Below are positions 55,361-64,000 of a DNA stretch of 64,000 bases, in pieces. Both the position numbers and the translations under genes were made by a program. A model generated the notes under the pieces. The model was not told where the DNA came from. It searched no databases and worked only from the letters and a program-made list of their open reading frames with translations. The DNA is from an uncultured Rhodobacterales bacterium (GTDB lineage: Bacteria > Pseudomonadota > Alphaproteobacteria > Rhodobacterales > Rhodobacteraceae), in the NCBI GenBank assembly GCA_963976255.1, contig CAXBJO010000001.1, positions 14,770 through 78,769 of the forward strand, in the 5' to 3' direction. The stretch's first letter is position 1. Each line of letters opens with the position of its first letter.

Positions 55361-57435
55361 TGCAAACGTGGCGCTTGGACAGCACTGCGCAAACCCTTGT
55401 ATTGGCATCAAAACGCGGCCGCATGGCCCAAGTGATTTATTGGGGAAACCCATTGCCCAAAGCCGAAGATTTACAAGCGTTGTTCGGCGCACATACACTG
55501 GACGTCACGGGCGGGATGTTGGACACCCCCCCCGAACTGTCCATCTGTCCCGATGCACGCCAAACGTTCCCCGGTCAGCCGGGAATAGTCATCGCGGATG
55601 CAAATGGAAAACCTATGTTACCCCGCTTTGCCTATGTATCTGAAACGCGCAGCGAAACCACATTATCGTTAACATATGGCGACCCCGACCACGATTTGAC
55701 ATATATCGCCCATTTTGAAATTGATCGCGAAACCCACGTCATTTCTGCGCGTGCGTCGCTGAATTCTTCACAGGACATCCGTTTGCATTGGTTATCGGCG
55801 CCCGTGTTTCCTGCCCCTCAACTATCCGACGAAATGTACGATTTCGCGGGCCGCTGGTGTGACGAATTTCAAATGGTTACAACTCCGTGGTCTGCTGGCA
55901 TCCGTATGCGCGAAAACCGCACAGGGCGTACGGGGCACGAACATTTCCCCGCTTTGATCGTTCCCCGTCGGGGCACCACCAATACACAGGGTCAGGTTTA
56001 TGCCTTCCATTATGGATGGTCCGGCGGCCATCGCATGATCGCCGAAGAATTGCCCGATGGTGGCCGACAGGTGCAATTTGGCAATGCCACCGGTTCTGAA
56101 TTGAATGCAAGCCGCCATTTTGAAACGGCAACGTTATACAGTGTGTTTTCCGATGCTGGCCTGAACGGATGTGCCGTGTCATTTCAACGCCATGTACGCG
56201 ATCGTATTGTAAAAAATCCCGCACGCCCGCGACCCGTGCATTACAACTGTTGGGAAGCGGTTTATTTCGACCATGATGTCGATCAGTTAAGCGAAATCGC
56301 AACCCACGCCGCCGCATTGGGTGCGGAACGGTTTGTTTTGGATGACGGTTGGTTTGGCGTGCGCGATGACGATACCTGTGCATTGGGCGACTGGTTCGTT
56401 GACACGCGCAAATATCCCAATGGTTTGAAACCGCTAATCGATCATGTTCACGCACAAGGCATGACATTTGGCATCTGGTTTGAACCCGAAATGGTCAACC
56501 CAAATTCGGACACCTTCCGCGCCCATCCTGATTGGGTCTTGGGCGACATGGATCAGATTTTAGGTCGACAACAAATGGTGTTGAACATGGCGCTTCCCGC
56601 CGTCCAAGAATACTTGTTTGATCGCATCGCCGCCATGCTGCAATCAAACGAAATTGAATACATCAAATGGGATCACAACCGTGTTTTACCGATTGTCGAT
56701 GCCGACCAAACGCGTGGCACATACGCCCTGTTGGATCGCCTGAACGTCACATTTCCAGATGTCGAAATTGAAAGCTGTTCATCAGGAGGTGGGCGGATTG
56801 ATTTCGAAATTCTACACCGCACAGGCCGCGTTTGGTTATCCGACAGCAATGACGCATTAGAGCGGTTAAAAATCCAACATAACGCCGCGCTATTTTTACC
56901 CGGCGCAGTCACGGGATCACACGTTGGACCACGTAAATCGCATACATCAGGGCGCAGCCACGACATCCGTTTTCGCGCATGGGTCGCCGCACAACGCCAC
57001 ATGGGGTTCGAAATGGATCCCCGCGAATTAACCCCAGACGAGCAACAGGTTTTGCGCGACGTCACCACATGGTGGAAAGAAAATCGCGATTGGATGCGCA
57101 CCGCGGATATTTTGCGGTTGGACAGCGCTGATCGCGCCATCATTGCTGAACAGCAATTGTCACAAAACGGTGCACAGTTTGTTGTTTTTGCGGGCAAGGC
57201 GGACACATCCAATCAAATCGCACCGCGTCCATTGCGTCTGACAAAACTGGTCACTGATGCGCTGTACACCATTGAATTGGTCAACCGCGCAGATGCCCAT
57301 CATTTATCGCGTGGCGACCAATTAATCAAAACCACACCAATGACCCTAAGTGGTGGATATTTAATGAACCACGGTATCACATTGCCATGGTCATTTCCGG
57401 ACAGTATGTGGGTTCTAAAGGGAACAAAATTATGA
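55360..57435 (+). CDS. Alpha-galactosidase, GH36
   Basis: 691 aa with YIKWDHNR, ESCSSGGGRID and WLSDSNDALER, which match the GH36 catalytic-region motifs. It has a TAATG overlap with the permease gene. Confidence 0.88.
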   Translation: MQTWRLDSTAQTLVLASKRGRMAQVIYWGNPLPKAEDLQALFGAHTLDVTGGMLDTPPELSICPDARQTFPGQPGIVIADANGKPMLPRFAYVSETRSETTLSLTYGDPDHDLTYIAHFEIDRETHVISARASLNSSQDIRLHWLSAPVFPAPQLSDEMYDFAGRWCDEFQMVTTPWSAGIRMRENRTGRTGHEHFPALIVPRRGTTNTQGQVYAFHYGWSGGHRMIAEELPDGGRQVQFGNATGSELNASRHFETATLYSVFSDAGLNGCAVSFQRHVRDRIVKNPARPRPVHYNCWEAVYFDHDVDQLSEIATHAAALGAERFVLDDGWFGVRDDDTCALGDWFVDTRKYPNGLKPLIDHVHAQGMTFGIWFEPEMVNPNSDTFRAHPDWVLGDMDQILGRQQMVLNMALPAVQEYLFDRIAAMLQSNEIEYIKWDHNRVLPIVDADQTRGTYALLDRLNVTFPDVEIESCSSGGGRIDFEILHRTGRVWLSDSNDALERLKIQHNAALFLPGAVTGSHVGPRKSHTSGRSHDIRFRAWVAAQRHMGFEMDPRELTPDEQQVLRDVTTWWKENRDWMRTADILRLDSADRAIIAEQQLSQNGAQFVVFAGKADTSNQIAPRPLRLTKLVTDALYTIELVNRADAHHLSRGDQLIKTTPMTLSGGYLMNHGITLPWSFPDSMWVLKGTKL

Positions 57436-58202
57436 GCAAAACAGCAACATTCCACGACCTAAGCGGCGCGTCCGTTTTCATCACTGGCGGTGGTTCGGGT
57501 ATCGGCGCCAGCTTGACAGATGGGTTTCTGGCACAGGGTGCCAAGGTCGCGTTTGTTCAACGCTCGGACGCCACCGCATTTTGCGACAAAATGGAAAAAA
57601 ATCATGGCGTGCGACCCTTGTTCATCCCCTGCGATATTACCGACATTTCCGCCCTAAAATCCGCAATTGATCAGGCCGCCCTTGCACATGGTGATGTCAC
57701 TGTTTTGGTCAACAACGCCGCCAACGATAAACGCCACAGCACAGCAGAGGTGGACGAAGATTTTTGGGATTGGAGCCAAGCAATCAATCTAAAGGCCTGC
57801 TTTTTTGCCTGCCAATCCGTGATGGATGGCATGCGCCGCGCGGGCGGGGGATCAATCATCAACTTTACCTCGATTTCCTATATCATGGGTAACGCGGGAT
57901 ACGTTTCCTATACCACCGCAAATGCGGGCATTAATGGCATGACCCGCTCTTTGGCACGCGAATTTGGTGGCGACAAAATCCGCGTAAATGCCTTGGCGCC
58001 CGGCTGGGTCATGACAGACAAACAGAAAGAATTGTGGGTCACCCCCGAAGCATTAAGCGCACAACTGGAACGCCAATGCCTGAAAGAGCCGCTTAACCCC
58101 CAAGACATGGTTGACGCCGTTTTGTTTCTTGCCTCAAACACCAGCCGCATGATGACAGGGCAGGCGATGATTGTGGACGGCGGCGTGGTGGTCAGCGGAT
58201 GA
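57432..58202 (+). CDS. Short-chain dehydrogenase/reductase (positional candidate for galactose 1-dehydrogenase); catalytic Lys replaced by Asn
   Basis: TGGGSGIGAS and NNAAN are present. The catalytic-region sequence reads SYTTANAG where classical SDRs have YxxxK. It has an ATGA overlap with the alpha-galactosidase stop. Confidence 0.85.
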   Translation: MSKTATFHDLSGASVFITGGGSGIGASLTDGFLAQGAKVAFVQRSDATAFCDKMEKNHGVRPLFIPCDITDISALKSAIDQAALAHGDVTVLVNNAANDKRHSTAEVDEDFWDWSQAINLKACFFACQSVMDGMRRAGGGSIINFTSISYIMGNAGYVSYTTANAGINGMTRSLAREFGGDKIRVNALAPGWVMTDKQKELWVTPEALSAQLERQCLKEPLNPQDMVDAVLFLASNTSRMMTGQAMIVDGGVVVSG

Positions 58203-59095
58203 ATCCAACTTGGGCAGCCGTTGATTGGGGTACGTCAAACCTTCGTTTGTGGGTGGTGGGTGCATCGGGGCAGGTGATTACAGCACTGTCATCGATTAAG
58301 GGTATGAACGCCCTGTCCGTGGGTGAATTTGAGCCTGCGTTGTTGGAATTAATTGCACCGTACTTGCATGACGATGTCATCCTGCCCGTGATCTGTTGTG
58401 GCATGGTCGGTGCGCGGCAAGGGTGGCAAGATGCGGGCTACGTGGTCGTGCCGTGTGATATTTCAACGACCCCAAAAATGACCCACGTGGCATCCCATGA
58501 TCCGCGCATTTCGGTACATATTGTGGCGGGGATTAAACAACAATCTCCCGCCGATGTCATGCGCGGCGAAGAAACCCAAATAATGGGGTTCGTGCGCAAA
58601 CATCCAAATTTTGACGGCGTTATTTGCCTACCTGGAACACACACAAAGTGGGTGCATATCAGCGCGGGCGAAGTGGTCAGTTTTCAAACATTTATGACCG
58701 GCGAACTGTTTGCTTTGCTGTCCACGCAATCGGTTTTGCGTCACAGCGTCGATACCGAGGCGTTTGATCAAGACAGTTTCACAACCGCCTTGGGGGATGT
58801 GATGTCGCGCCCACAAGTTATCGCGGCACAGCTTTTCTCGCTACGTGCGGCCTCGCTGATTGGAGACCAATCGGCGGCCCAGGGGCGGGCGCGGTTGTCG
58901 GGGCTTTTGATTGGCCTCGAACTGGCGGGTGCGCGGCCATATTGGTTGGGACAAAACGTGGCGATTATTGGCGCGGATACATTGGCCAAACACTATCAAT
59001 CGGCGCTGTTATTACAGGGCGTCGATGCACAATTGTATGATGTCACAGATATGACCCTTGCGGGTTTAGCGGCCGCATACGAAGGTTTAAAATGA
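58199..59095 (+). CDS. dgoK: 2-dehydro-3-deoxygalactonokinase
   Basis: N-terminus AAVDWGTSNLRLWVV is typical of DgoK. 298 aa, with a 4-nt overlap on both sides. Confidence 0.85.
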   Translation: MNPTWAAVDWGTSNLRLWVVGASGQVITALSSIKGMNALSVGEFEPALLELIAPYLHDDVILPVICCGMVGARQGWQDAGYVVVPCDISTTPKMTHVASHDPRISVHIVAGIKQQSPADVMRGEETQIMGFVRKHPNFDGVICLPGTHTKWVHISAGEVVSFQTFMTGELFALLSTQSVLRHSVDTEAFDQDSFTTALGDVMSRPQVIAAQLFSLRAASLIGDQSAAQGRARLSGLLIGLELAGARPYWLGQNVAIIGADTLAKHYQSALLLQGVDAQLYDVTDMTLAGLAAAYEGLK

Positions 59096-59943
59096 TCGCC
59101 ACAGTGTTTGACAATCGCCCCTGTAAATTGGGCGAGGGGCCGATATGGCATCCCCAACGTCAACAACTGTTTTGGTTCGACATCCTATCAAAACAATTGC
59201 TGACACAGGTGGATGGTACACCGCATCATTGGCAGTTTGACGAATATGTTTCCGCCGCAGGCTGGATTGATATTAATACATTATTATTGGCATCCGAAAC
59301 TGGCTTGCACTGCTTTGATATTAACAGCGGTGACATGCAAATGTTGTGCGAAATAGAGGCTGACAACCCTGTGACACGATCAAACGATGGGCGTGCGGAT
59401 CCATGGGGTGGCTTTTGGATTGGCACGATGGGCAAAAATGCCGAACCAAAAGCTGGTTCAATTTATCGCTATTACCGTGGTAATTTGAAACAGGTGGCCA
59501 CGGGCATCACCATCAGCAACGCCATTTGTTTTTCACCAGATCGTTTGAATGCATATTATTGCGACACCAAAACCACCCGTATCGTCAAGGTGGCCTTGAA
59601 CCCACAAACCGGCTGGCCCGAAGGTGACGCACAAACTTATGTCGATCTATCACCCCAAGGGTTAAACCCAGACGGTGCAGTTGTTGATGCGGATGGTTGT
59701 CTGTGGAATGCCCAATGGGGCGCGGGGCGGGTTGCACGGTATGACCCATCGGGCGCATTTTTATCCGCCGTCAATGTTGGCGGCACACAGGCCAGTTGCC
59801 CCGCATTTGGTGGCGCTGATCTTAAAACCCTGTTCATCACCACCGCGCGGGATGGCTTGAATGGGGAAGGCGATGGGTTAACATATGCCATACAAACAAA
59901 AAACCAAGGCCAAGCAGAACACGAAGTGATATTGGAACCATGA
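59092..59943 (+). CDS. SMP-30/gluconolactonase/LRE-family lactonase (candidate galactonolactonase)
   Basis: CKLGEGPIWHPQRQQLFWFDI, RSNDGRADPWG and PDGAVVDADGCLWNA beta-propeller motifs are present. Confidence 0.85.
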   Translation: MIATVFDNRPCKLGEGPIWHPQRQQLFWFDILSKQLLTQVDGTPHHWQFDEYVSAAGWIDINTLLLASETGLHCFDINSGDMQMLCEIEADNPVTRSNDGRADPWGGFWIGTMGKNAEPKAGSIYRYYRGNLKQVATGITISNAICFSPDRLNAYYCDTKTTRIVKVALNPQTGWPEGDAQTYVDLSPQGLNPDGAVVDADGCLWNAQWGAGRVARYDPSGAFLSAVNVGGTQASCPAFGGADLKTLFITTARDGLNGEGDGLTYAIQTKNQGQAEHEVILEP

Positions 59944-61877
59944 TAAAACGCACGTTAGGCACCTGTTATTACCCCGAACATTGGCCGTCCGAAATATGGG
60001 CGGATGATGCCGCACGGATGGCGGCGGCGGGTTTAACGTGGGTGCGCATTGGCGAATTTGCGTGGAACAGAATAGAACCCATTGCAGGTGAATTCGATTG
60101 GGATTGGCTGGATCGCGCCATTCAAACGCTTGGTGATGCAGGGCTGCGGGTTGTGTTGGGCACGCCAACCGCGACACCGCCACGTTGGATGCTGGATCGC
60201 CACCCCGACATGTTGGCGGTGGATGAACAGGGGCGACCACGTAAATTTGGATCGCGCCGTCATTATTGTTTCAGCCACCAAGGATACAAATCCGAGTGCG
60301 CGCGCATCACCCATGCCTTGGGTGAACGTTATGGCCACAACTCGCACGTGGCCGCATGGCAAACGGACAATGAATATGGTTGCCACGACACAACACTGTC
60401 CTACAGCAATGCCGCAACTATTGCCTTTCGCGACTGGTTGCGCGTGCGGTATGCGCGCGGTGGAAACGACGGCGACATTGCTGCATTGAACGGTGCATGG
60501 GGCAATGTTTTTTGGTCAATGGATTACGATGATTTCGACCAAATTGATTTGCCAAACCTGACCGTGACAGAGCCAAATCCTGCGCATGTTTTGGCATTCT
60601 GCCGGTTCAGCTCTGACCAAGTGGTGGCGTTCAATCGCATCCAAGTGGACATCCTGCGCCAATACAGCGACGCACCGATCACCCACAATTACATGGGGCG
60701 CATTACCGATTTTGACCATTTCAAAGTTGGCGCTGATTTGGATTTCGCCAGCTGGGACAGCTATCCATTAGGGTTCGTCGAGGATCGCGTCGACGCAACC
60801 GCACAACACCAACGTGATTTCGCACGCCAAGGCGATCCAGATTTCCAAGCATTTCACCACGACCTGTACCGCGCCGTTGGCCGTGGACGATGGTGGGTGA
60901 TGGAACAACAACCTGGCCCCGTAAATTGGGCACCACATAACCCCGCACCCTTGGATGGCATGGTGCGCCTGTGGTCATGGGAAGCATTCGCCCACGGTGC
61001 AGAGGCAGTCTGTTATTTCAGATGGCGCCAAGCGCCGTTTGCACAGGAACAATTACACGCTGGCCTGTTAAGGCCGGACAGTGTTGATGCGGTGGTCATG
61101 GCAGAAGTGGCGCAAGTATCAGCGGAACTGGCCGACATGCCCGATGTGACCACAGCACAATCAAAGGTTGGATTGATCTTTGATTACGACGCAGACTTCG
61201 CGTGGAAAACCCAACCACACGGTGTGGATCTCAGCTATTTTGGCTTAATATTAGACACTTATCGTGCAATGCGCGCATTAGGTCTGTCCATCGATATCCT
61301 GCCAACCACCACGCAAGATTTCGTAGGTTACGCCGTAATTTTGGCACCAGGTTTGATGCACATGCCTGACACATTGAAAACCAAGCTGGCGCATGCCAAT
61401 GCACAGGTTTTGATCGGACCACGCACTGCAACACGCAACGCCGAAATGTCGATCCCCGTACCCTTACCTCCCGATTTTCCTGCCCTTGATACCACGATTA
61501 CCCATGTCGAGAGTTTGCGTACAGACATGCCAATCCCCCTGACGAACGGTGGAAACATCATAAATTACCGTGAACAGTTACACGGTGATGCACAGGTTTT
61601 GGAAATCACGACGAGCGGTCAATCGGTTGTGGTAACGCAAGGCCGCGTGAAATACATCGGCGCATGGTTGGATCAAACCGCGCTGAAACGTGTCGTGAAA
61701 CGCGCCTGCGATCTGGCGGATGTGAAAACCCTTGATCTGCCCGATGGGTTACGTTTGCGCGACTGTGGCGATCAGCGGTTTTGGTTCAATTACAATGCCC
61801 ACGCCGTTACATTTGATGACCTGCATCTGGAAGCCGCAGGTGTGCACCGTGAAAAAATGATCGGTAAGACCCCATGA
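59940..61877 (+). CDS. Beta-galactosidase, GH42
   Basis: 645 aa with GTCYYPEHWP, WQTDNEYG and a GH42 trimerisation/C-terminal layout. Confidence 0.88.
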   Translation: MIKRTLGTCYYPEHWPSEIWADDAARMAAAGLTWVRIGEFAWNRIEPIAGEFDWDWLDRAIQTLGDAGLRVVLGTPTATPPRWMLDRHPDMLAVDEQGRPRKFGSRRHYCFSHQGYKSECARITHALGERYGHNSHVAAWQTDNEYGCHDTTLSYSNAATIAFRDWLRVRYARGGNDGDIAALNGAWGNVFWSMDYDDFDQIDLPNLTVTEPNPAHVLAFCRFSSDQVVAFNRIQVDILRQYSDAPITHNYMGRITDFDHFKVGADLDFASWDSYPLGFVEDRVDATAQHQRDFARQGDPDFQAFHHDLYRAVGRGRWWVMEQQPGPVNWAPHNPAPLDGMVRLWSWEAFAHGAEAVCYFRWRQAPFAQEQLHAGLLRPDSVDAVVMAEVAQVSAELADMPDVTTAQSKVGLIFDYDADFAWKTQPHGVDLSYFGLILDTYRAMRALGLSIDILPTTTQDFVGYAVILAPGLMHMPDTLKTKLAHANAQVLIGPRTATRNAEMSIPVPLPPDFPALDTTITHVESLRTDMPIPLTNGGNIINYREQLHGDAQVLEITTSGQSVVVTQGRVKYIGAWLDQTALKRVVKRACDLADVKTLDLPDGLRLRDCGDQRFWFNYNAHAVTFDDLHLEAAGVHREKMIGKTP

Positions 61878-62866
61878 CCTTATCCGTCGTCGGCAAAACA
61901 GATGATGGCACGGACATTGCACAAATCAAACTCGCGCGCGATGGTCTGTCCGTTTCATTGCTCAGCTTTGGCGCAACTCTGCAAGATTTGCGATTGGACA
62001 CGCATCCATTCTCGTTGGTTTTGGGTTATCCAAACGCCGCTGATTATTTACAAAACCCAAACTACTTCGGCTCTACCGTTGGCCGTTTCGCAAACCGACT
62101 GTGTCAGGGACAATTTCATATCGATGGCGTTGCCTATCAGGCCGACATAAATACACCAACTGGTCACCACTTGCATGGTGGCGCCAAGGGGACGAGCCAC
62201 CTAAATTGGACCGTGACCGAACATTCCGAACATCACGCGGTTTTCGAAATTATCCTGCCTGATGGCCACATGGGCTTCCCTGGAAATTTGCGCGTTCAAA
62301 CACAATATAACCTACTTGCCAACCGTTCTTTGCGCATTCAAATATCGGCACAGACTGATGCACCTACACTGTGCAGCTTTGCCCATCACAGCTATTTCAA
62401 TTTGACTGGAAAGGCTGACATTTCCGATCATCTGTTGCAGATATCTTCACAGAATTATGTCTCGATAGATCAAGAGGGCATTCCGTTGGGTGCGGTTCAG
62501 GATGTTGCGAATACCTGTCTTGATTTTACCATCGCAAAATTTCTCGCACCCGAAAGCATCATTGATCACAATTTTTGTTTGTCCGGCGCGCGTCAGGTAA
62601 TACGACCTGTCGCAAGCCTGTGTGCAAAGGACATTTCAATGCGTATTGCAACCACCGAGCCGGGTCTACAAGTGTATACCTCAGAGCACATTCGTTCAAA
62701 TGGACCAATCGGTCACAATGGCTGTTACGAGCCACGTGCGGGCATCGCGATGGAACCACAAATTTGGCCTGACGCTCCAAATCATAAGACATTTCCCAGT
62801 GCACTTTTAGAGCCAGATCAAAACTACCTTCAGGTATCGATCTTCAGTTTTGATTACCCCGTGTGA
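61874..62866 (+). CDS. galM: Aldose 1-epimerase (galactose mutarotase)
   Basis: GGAKG, HHSYFNL and GIAMEPQIWPDAPN are present. 330 aa. Confidence 0.85.
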   Translation: MTLSVVGKTDDGTDIAQIKLARDGLSVSLLSFGATLQDLRLDTHPFSLVLGYPNAADYLQNPNYFGSTVGRFANRLCQGQFHIDGVAYQADINTPTGHHLHGGAKGTSHLNWTVTEHSEHHAVFEIILPDGHMGFPGNLRVQTQYNLLANRSLRIQISAQTDAPTLCSFAHHSYFNLTGKADISDHLLQISSQNYVSIDQEGIPLGAVQDVANTCLDFTIAKFLAPESIIDHNFCLSGARQVIRPVASLCAKDISMRIATTEPGLQVYTSEHIRSNGPIGHNGCYEPRAGIAMEPQIWPDAPNHKTFPSALLEPDQNYLQVSIFSFDYPV

Positions 62867-63007
62867 CGCACTACCGAGCAATAGGTGGATGCCTGAAGGT
62901 AGTAATTTGTTTCCACCCTGAATGTGCTCAAAAATCTTCCAGCAAAAGCCATCACCTTAGAACTCGGTGAGAATCACCATGCATACTAGTTATTATTGAT
63001 CAGAAAA

Positions 63008-63083
63008 TGGTGAGCCGGTCGGGATCCGAACCCGAGACCTACTGATTAAAAGTCAGTTGCTCTACCAACTGAGCTACCGGCCC
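63008..63083 (-). tRNA. tRNA-Lys (anticodon UUU), CCA encoded
   Basis: The reverse complement folds by hand into a cloverleaf: GGGCCGG-TA-GCTC-AGTTGGTA-GAGC-A-ACTGA-CTTTTAA-TCAGT-AGGTC-TCGGG-TTCGGAT-CCCGA-CCGGCTC-A-CCA. It is 76 nt, with one G-U pair in the acceptor stem. Confidence 0.92.
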
Positions 63084-63186
63084 ACTGGGGCGCGTATTAG
63101 GATGGGATGGGCGAAGGGTCAAGCATTATTCGTGTTAATTTTCACGCTATCTGGAATGATTGTTTATAACAGGCTATATGAGCCTG

Positions 63187-64000
63187 ATGATGACACAACA
63201 AACATATCCAAACGGGCTACCGTTTTTGAAAATGCATGGGCTGGGCAATGATTTTGTGATCATTGATGCCCGCAATACAGAATCACCTGTGAGCCAATCG
63301 ATGGCACGCGCCATAGGTGAGCGCCATTTTGGTGTGGGGTATGATCAATTGGTCGTGCTAACCAAATCGGATGGTGCGGAGGTGGATATGGTGTTTTGGA
63401 ATTCGGACGGATCGGTGTCGGATGCTTGTGGTAATGCCAGCCGCTGTATTGCCCGATTGGTGATGGGCGAAACCGGATTGGATGCAATCACATTGCGCAC
63501 TGGTAACGGATTGCTGGCGGCGCGGATGACCGATGGTGGTATGATCAGTGTCAATATGGGACAGCCACAATTGACATGGGATACTGTGCCGTTAGCGCGG
63601 GATGTGGATTTGATTAACCTGCCGATTGATGGCGCACCTGGTGCTGTTGGAATGGGTAACCCGCATTGTGTGTTTGTGGTGGATGATGCCGACGCGGTTG
63701 ATTTGGTGGCGCGTGGGTCGGCGATTGAAACGCACCCGTTGTTTCCGCAACGCACCAACGTTGAATTTGTCCAGATCATTGATCGTAAAACCATCCGCCA
63801 GCGGACGTTTGAGCGGGGTGCCGGTGTGACGTTGGCTTGTGGGTCAGGTGCCTGTGCGGTGGCTGTAGTAGCGCATCGAAAGGGGCTGACGGATCGAACG
63901 GTCAGCATTCAATTGGATGGTGGTACATTGCAGATTGATTGGCGTGACGATGGGGTCTGGATGACGGGACCAACGACGTTGGTATTTGAGGGTGTTTTAA
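63187..64000 (+). CDS. dapF: Diaminopimelate epimerase (runs off the right edge; absent from the ORF track because no stop codon lies in the window)
   Basis: Manual translation gives MMTQQTYPNGLPFLKMHGLGNDFVIIDARN..., then SDACGNASRC, GNPHCVFVVDD and ERGAGVTLACGSGACA. No stop occurs in this frame to position 64000. Confidence 0.9.
   Translation, partial: MMTQQTYPNGLPFLKMHGLGNDFVIIDARNTESPVSQSMARAIGERHFGVGYDQLVVLTKSDGAEVDMVFWNSDGSVSDACGNASRCIARLVMGETGLDAITLRTGNGLLAARMTDGGMISVNMGQPQLTWDTVPLARDVDLINLPIDGAPGAVGMGNPHCVFVVDDADAVDLVARGSAIETHPLFPQRTNVEFVQIIDRKTIRQRTFERGAGVTLACGSGACAVAVVAHRKGLTDRTVSIQLDGGTLQIDWRDDGVWMTGPTTLVFEGVL

Noticed and set aside
62867-63083. tRNA-Lys as an integration site, with the galactoside cluster as a genomic island.
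   Set aside because: I could not find a second copy of the tRNA 3' segment (tggtgagccggtcgggatccgaacc or part of it) anywhere to the left. No integrase or mobility gene is present. The cluster's composition looks like the rest of the window.
63057-63251. 64-aa plus-strand ORF between galM and dapF.
   Set aside because: Its first third is the antisense of the tRNA-Lys gene and its end overlaps the dapF start in another frame, so it is spurious.

Overview
This is a gene-dense chromosomal segment with about 55 CDS, one tRNA and mid-range G+C by eye. Nearly all genes encode solute uptake, osmolyte, amino-acid or sugar-acid catabolism, or their regulators. The gene content suggests a marine Rhodobacterales-type alphaproteobacterium (inference only). 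That content includes bet genes plus choline sulfatase, PutA with an Lrp-type PutR, DctPQM and TAXI TRAP systems, several ABC importers, and Entner-Doudoroff and De Ley-Doudoroff genes. From left to right the window contains: (1) phnD-phnC-phnE-phnE, a HAD-IIA hydrolase and a Na/Pi-PhoU transporter; (2) a PAS-GGDEF-EAL protein; (3) a bet locus with a short BCCT-like carrier, betB, betA, divergent betI and convergent betC; (4) a flavin-reductase::MarR fusion gene; (5) a 1.8-kb AT-rich, ORF-poor gap; (6) a Liv-type ABC importer; (7) putA/putR; (8) an FAD oxidoreductase, DctPQM TRAP and racemase-like module; (9) dgoA, an IlvD/Edd sugar-acid dehydratase and a 2-hydroxyacid dehydrogenase; (10) lacI-galU-rhodanese divergent from gap-edd-eda; (11) a histidine kinase, response regulator, BKACE and aminotransferase operon divergent from a TAXI-TRAP plus USP operon; (12) an IclR/ATPase pair divergent from a 9-gene galactoside and De Ley-Doudoroff operon; (13) tRNA-Lys(UUU) and the start of dapF. 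I saw no transposases, integrases, phage genes, CRISPR arrays or recognisable defence genes. The best candidates for something undescribed are metabolic or regulatory. They are the translationally coupled sensor kinase, regulator, BKACE and class-III aminotransferase operon next to TAXI-TRAP; the FAD oxidoreductase, TRAP and two-Cys racemase-like module; the flavin-reductase::MarR fusion; the miniature BCCT-like carrier in the bet operon; an SDR with Asn replacing the catalytic Lys; and the AT-rich ORF-poor gap. All functional calls rest on motif recognition by eye in the supplied translations, and no database search was run.
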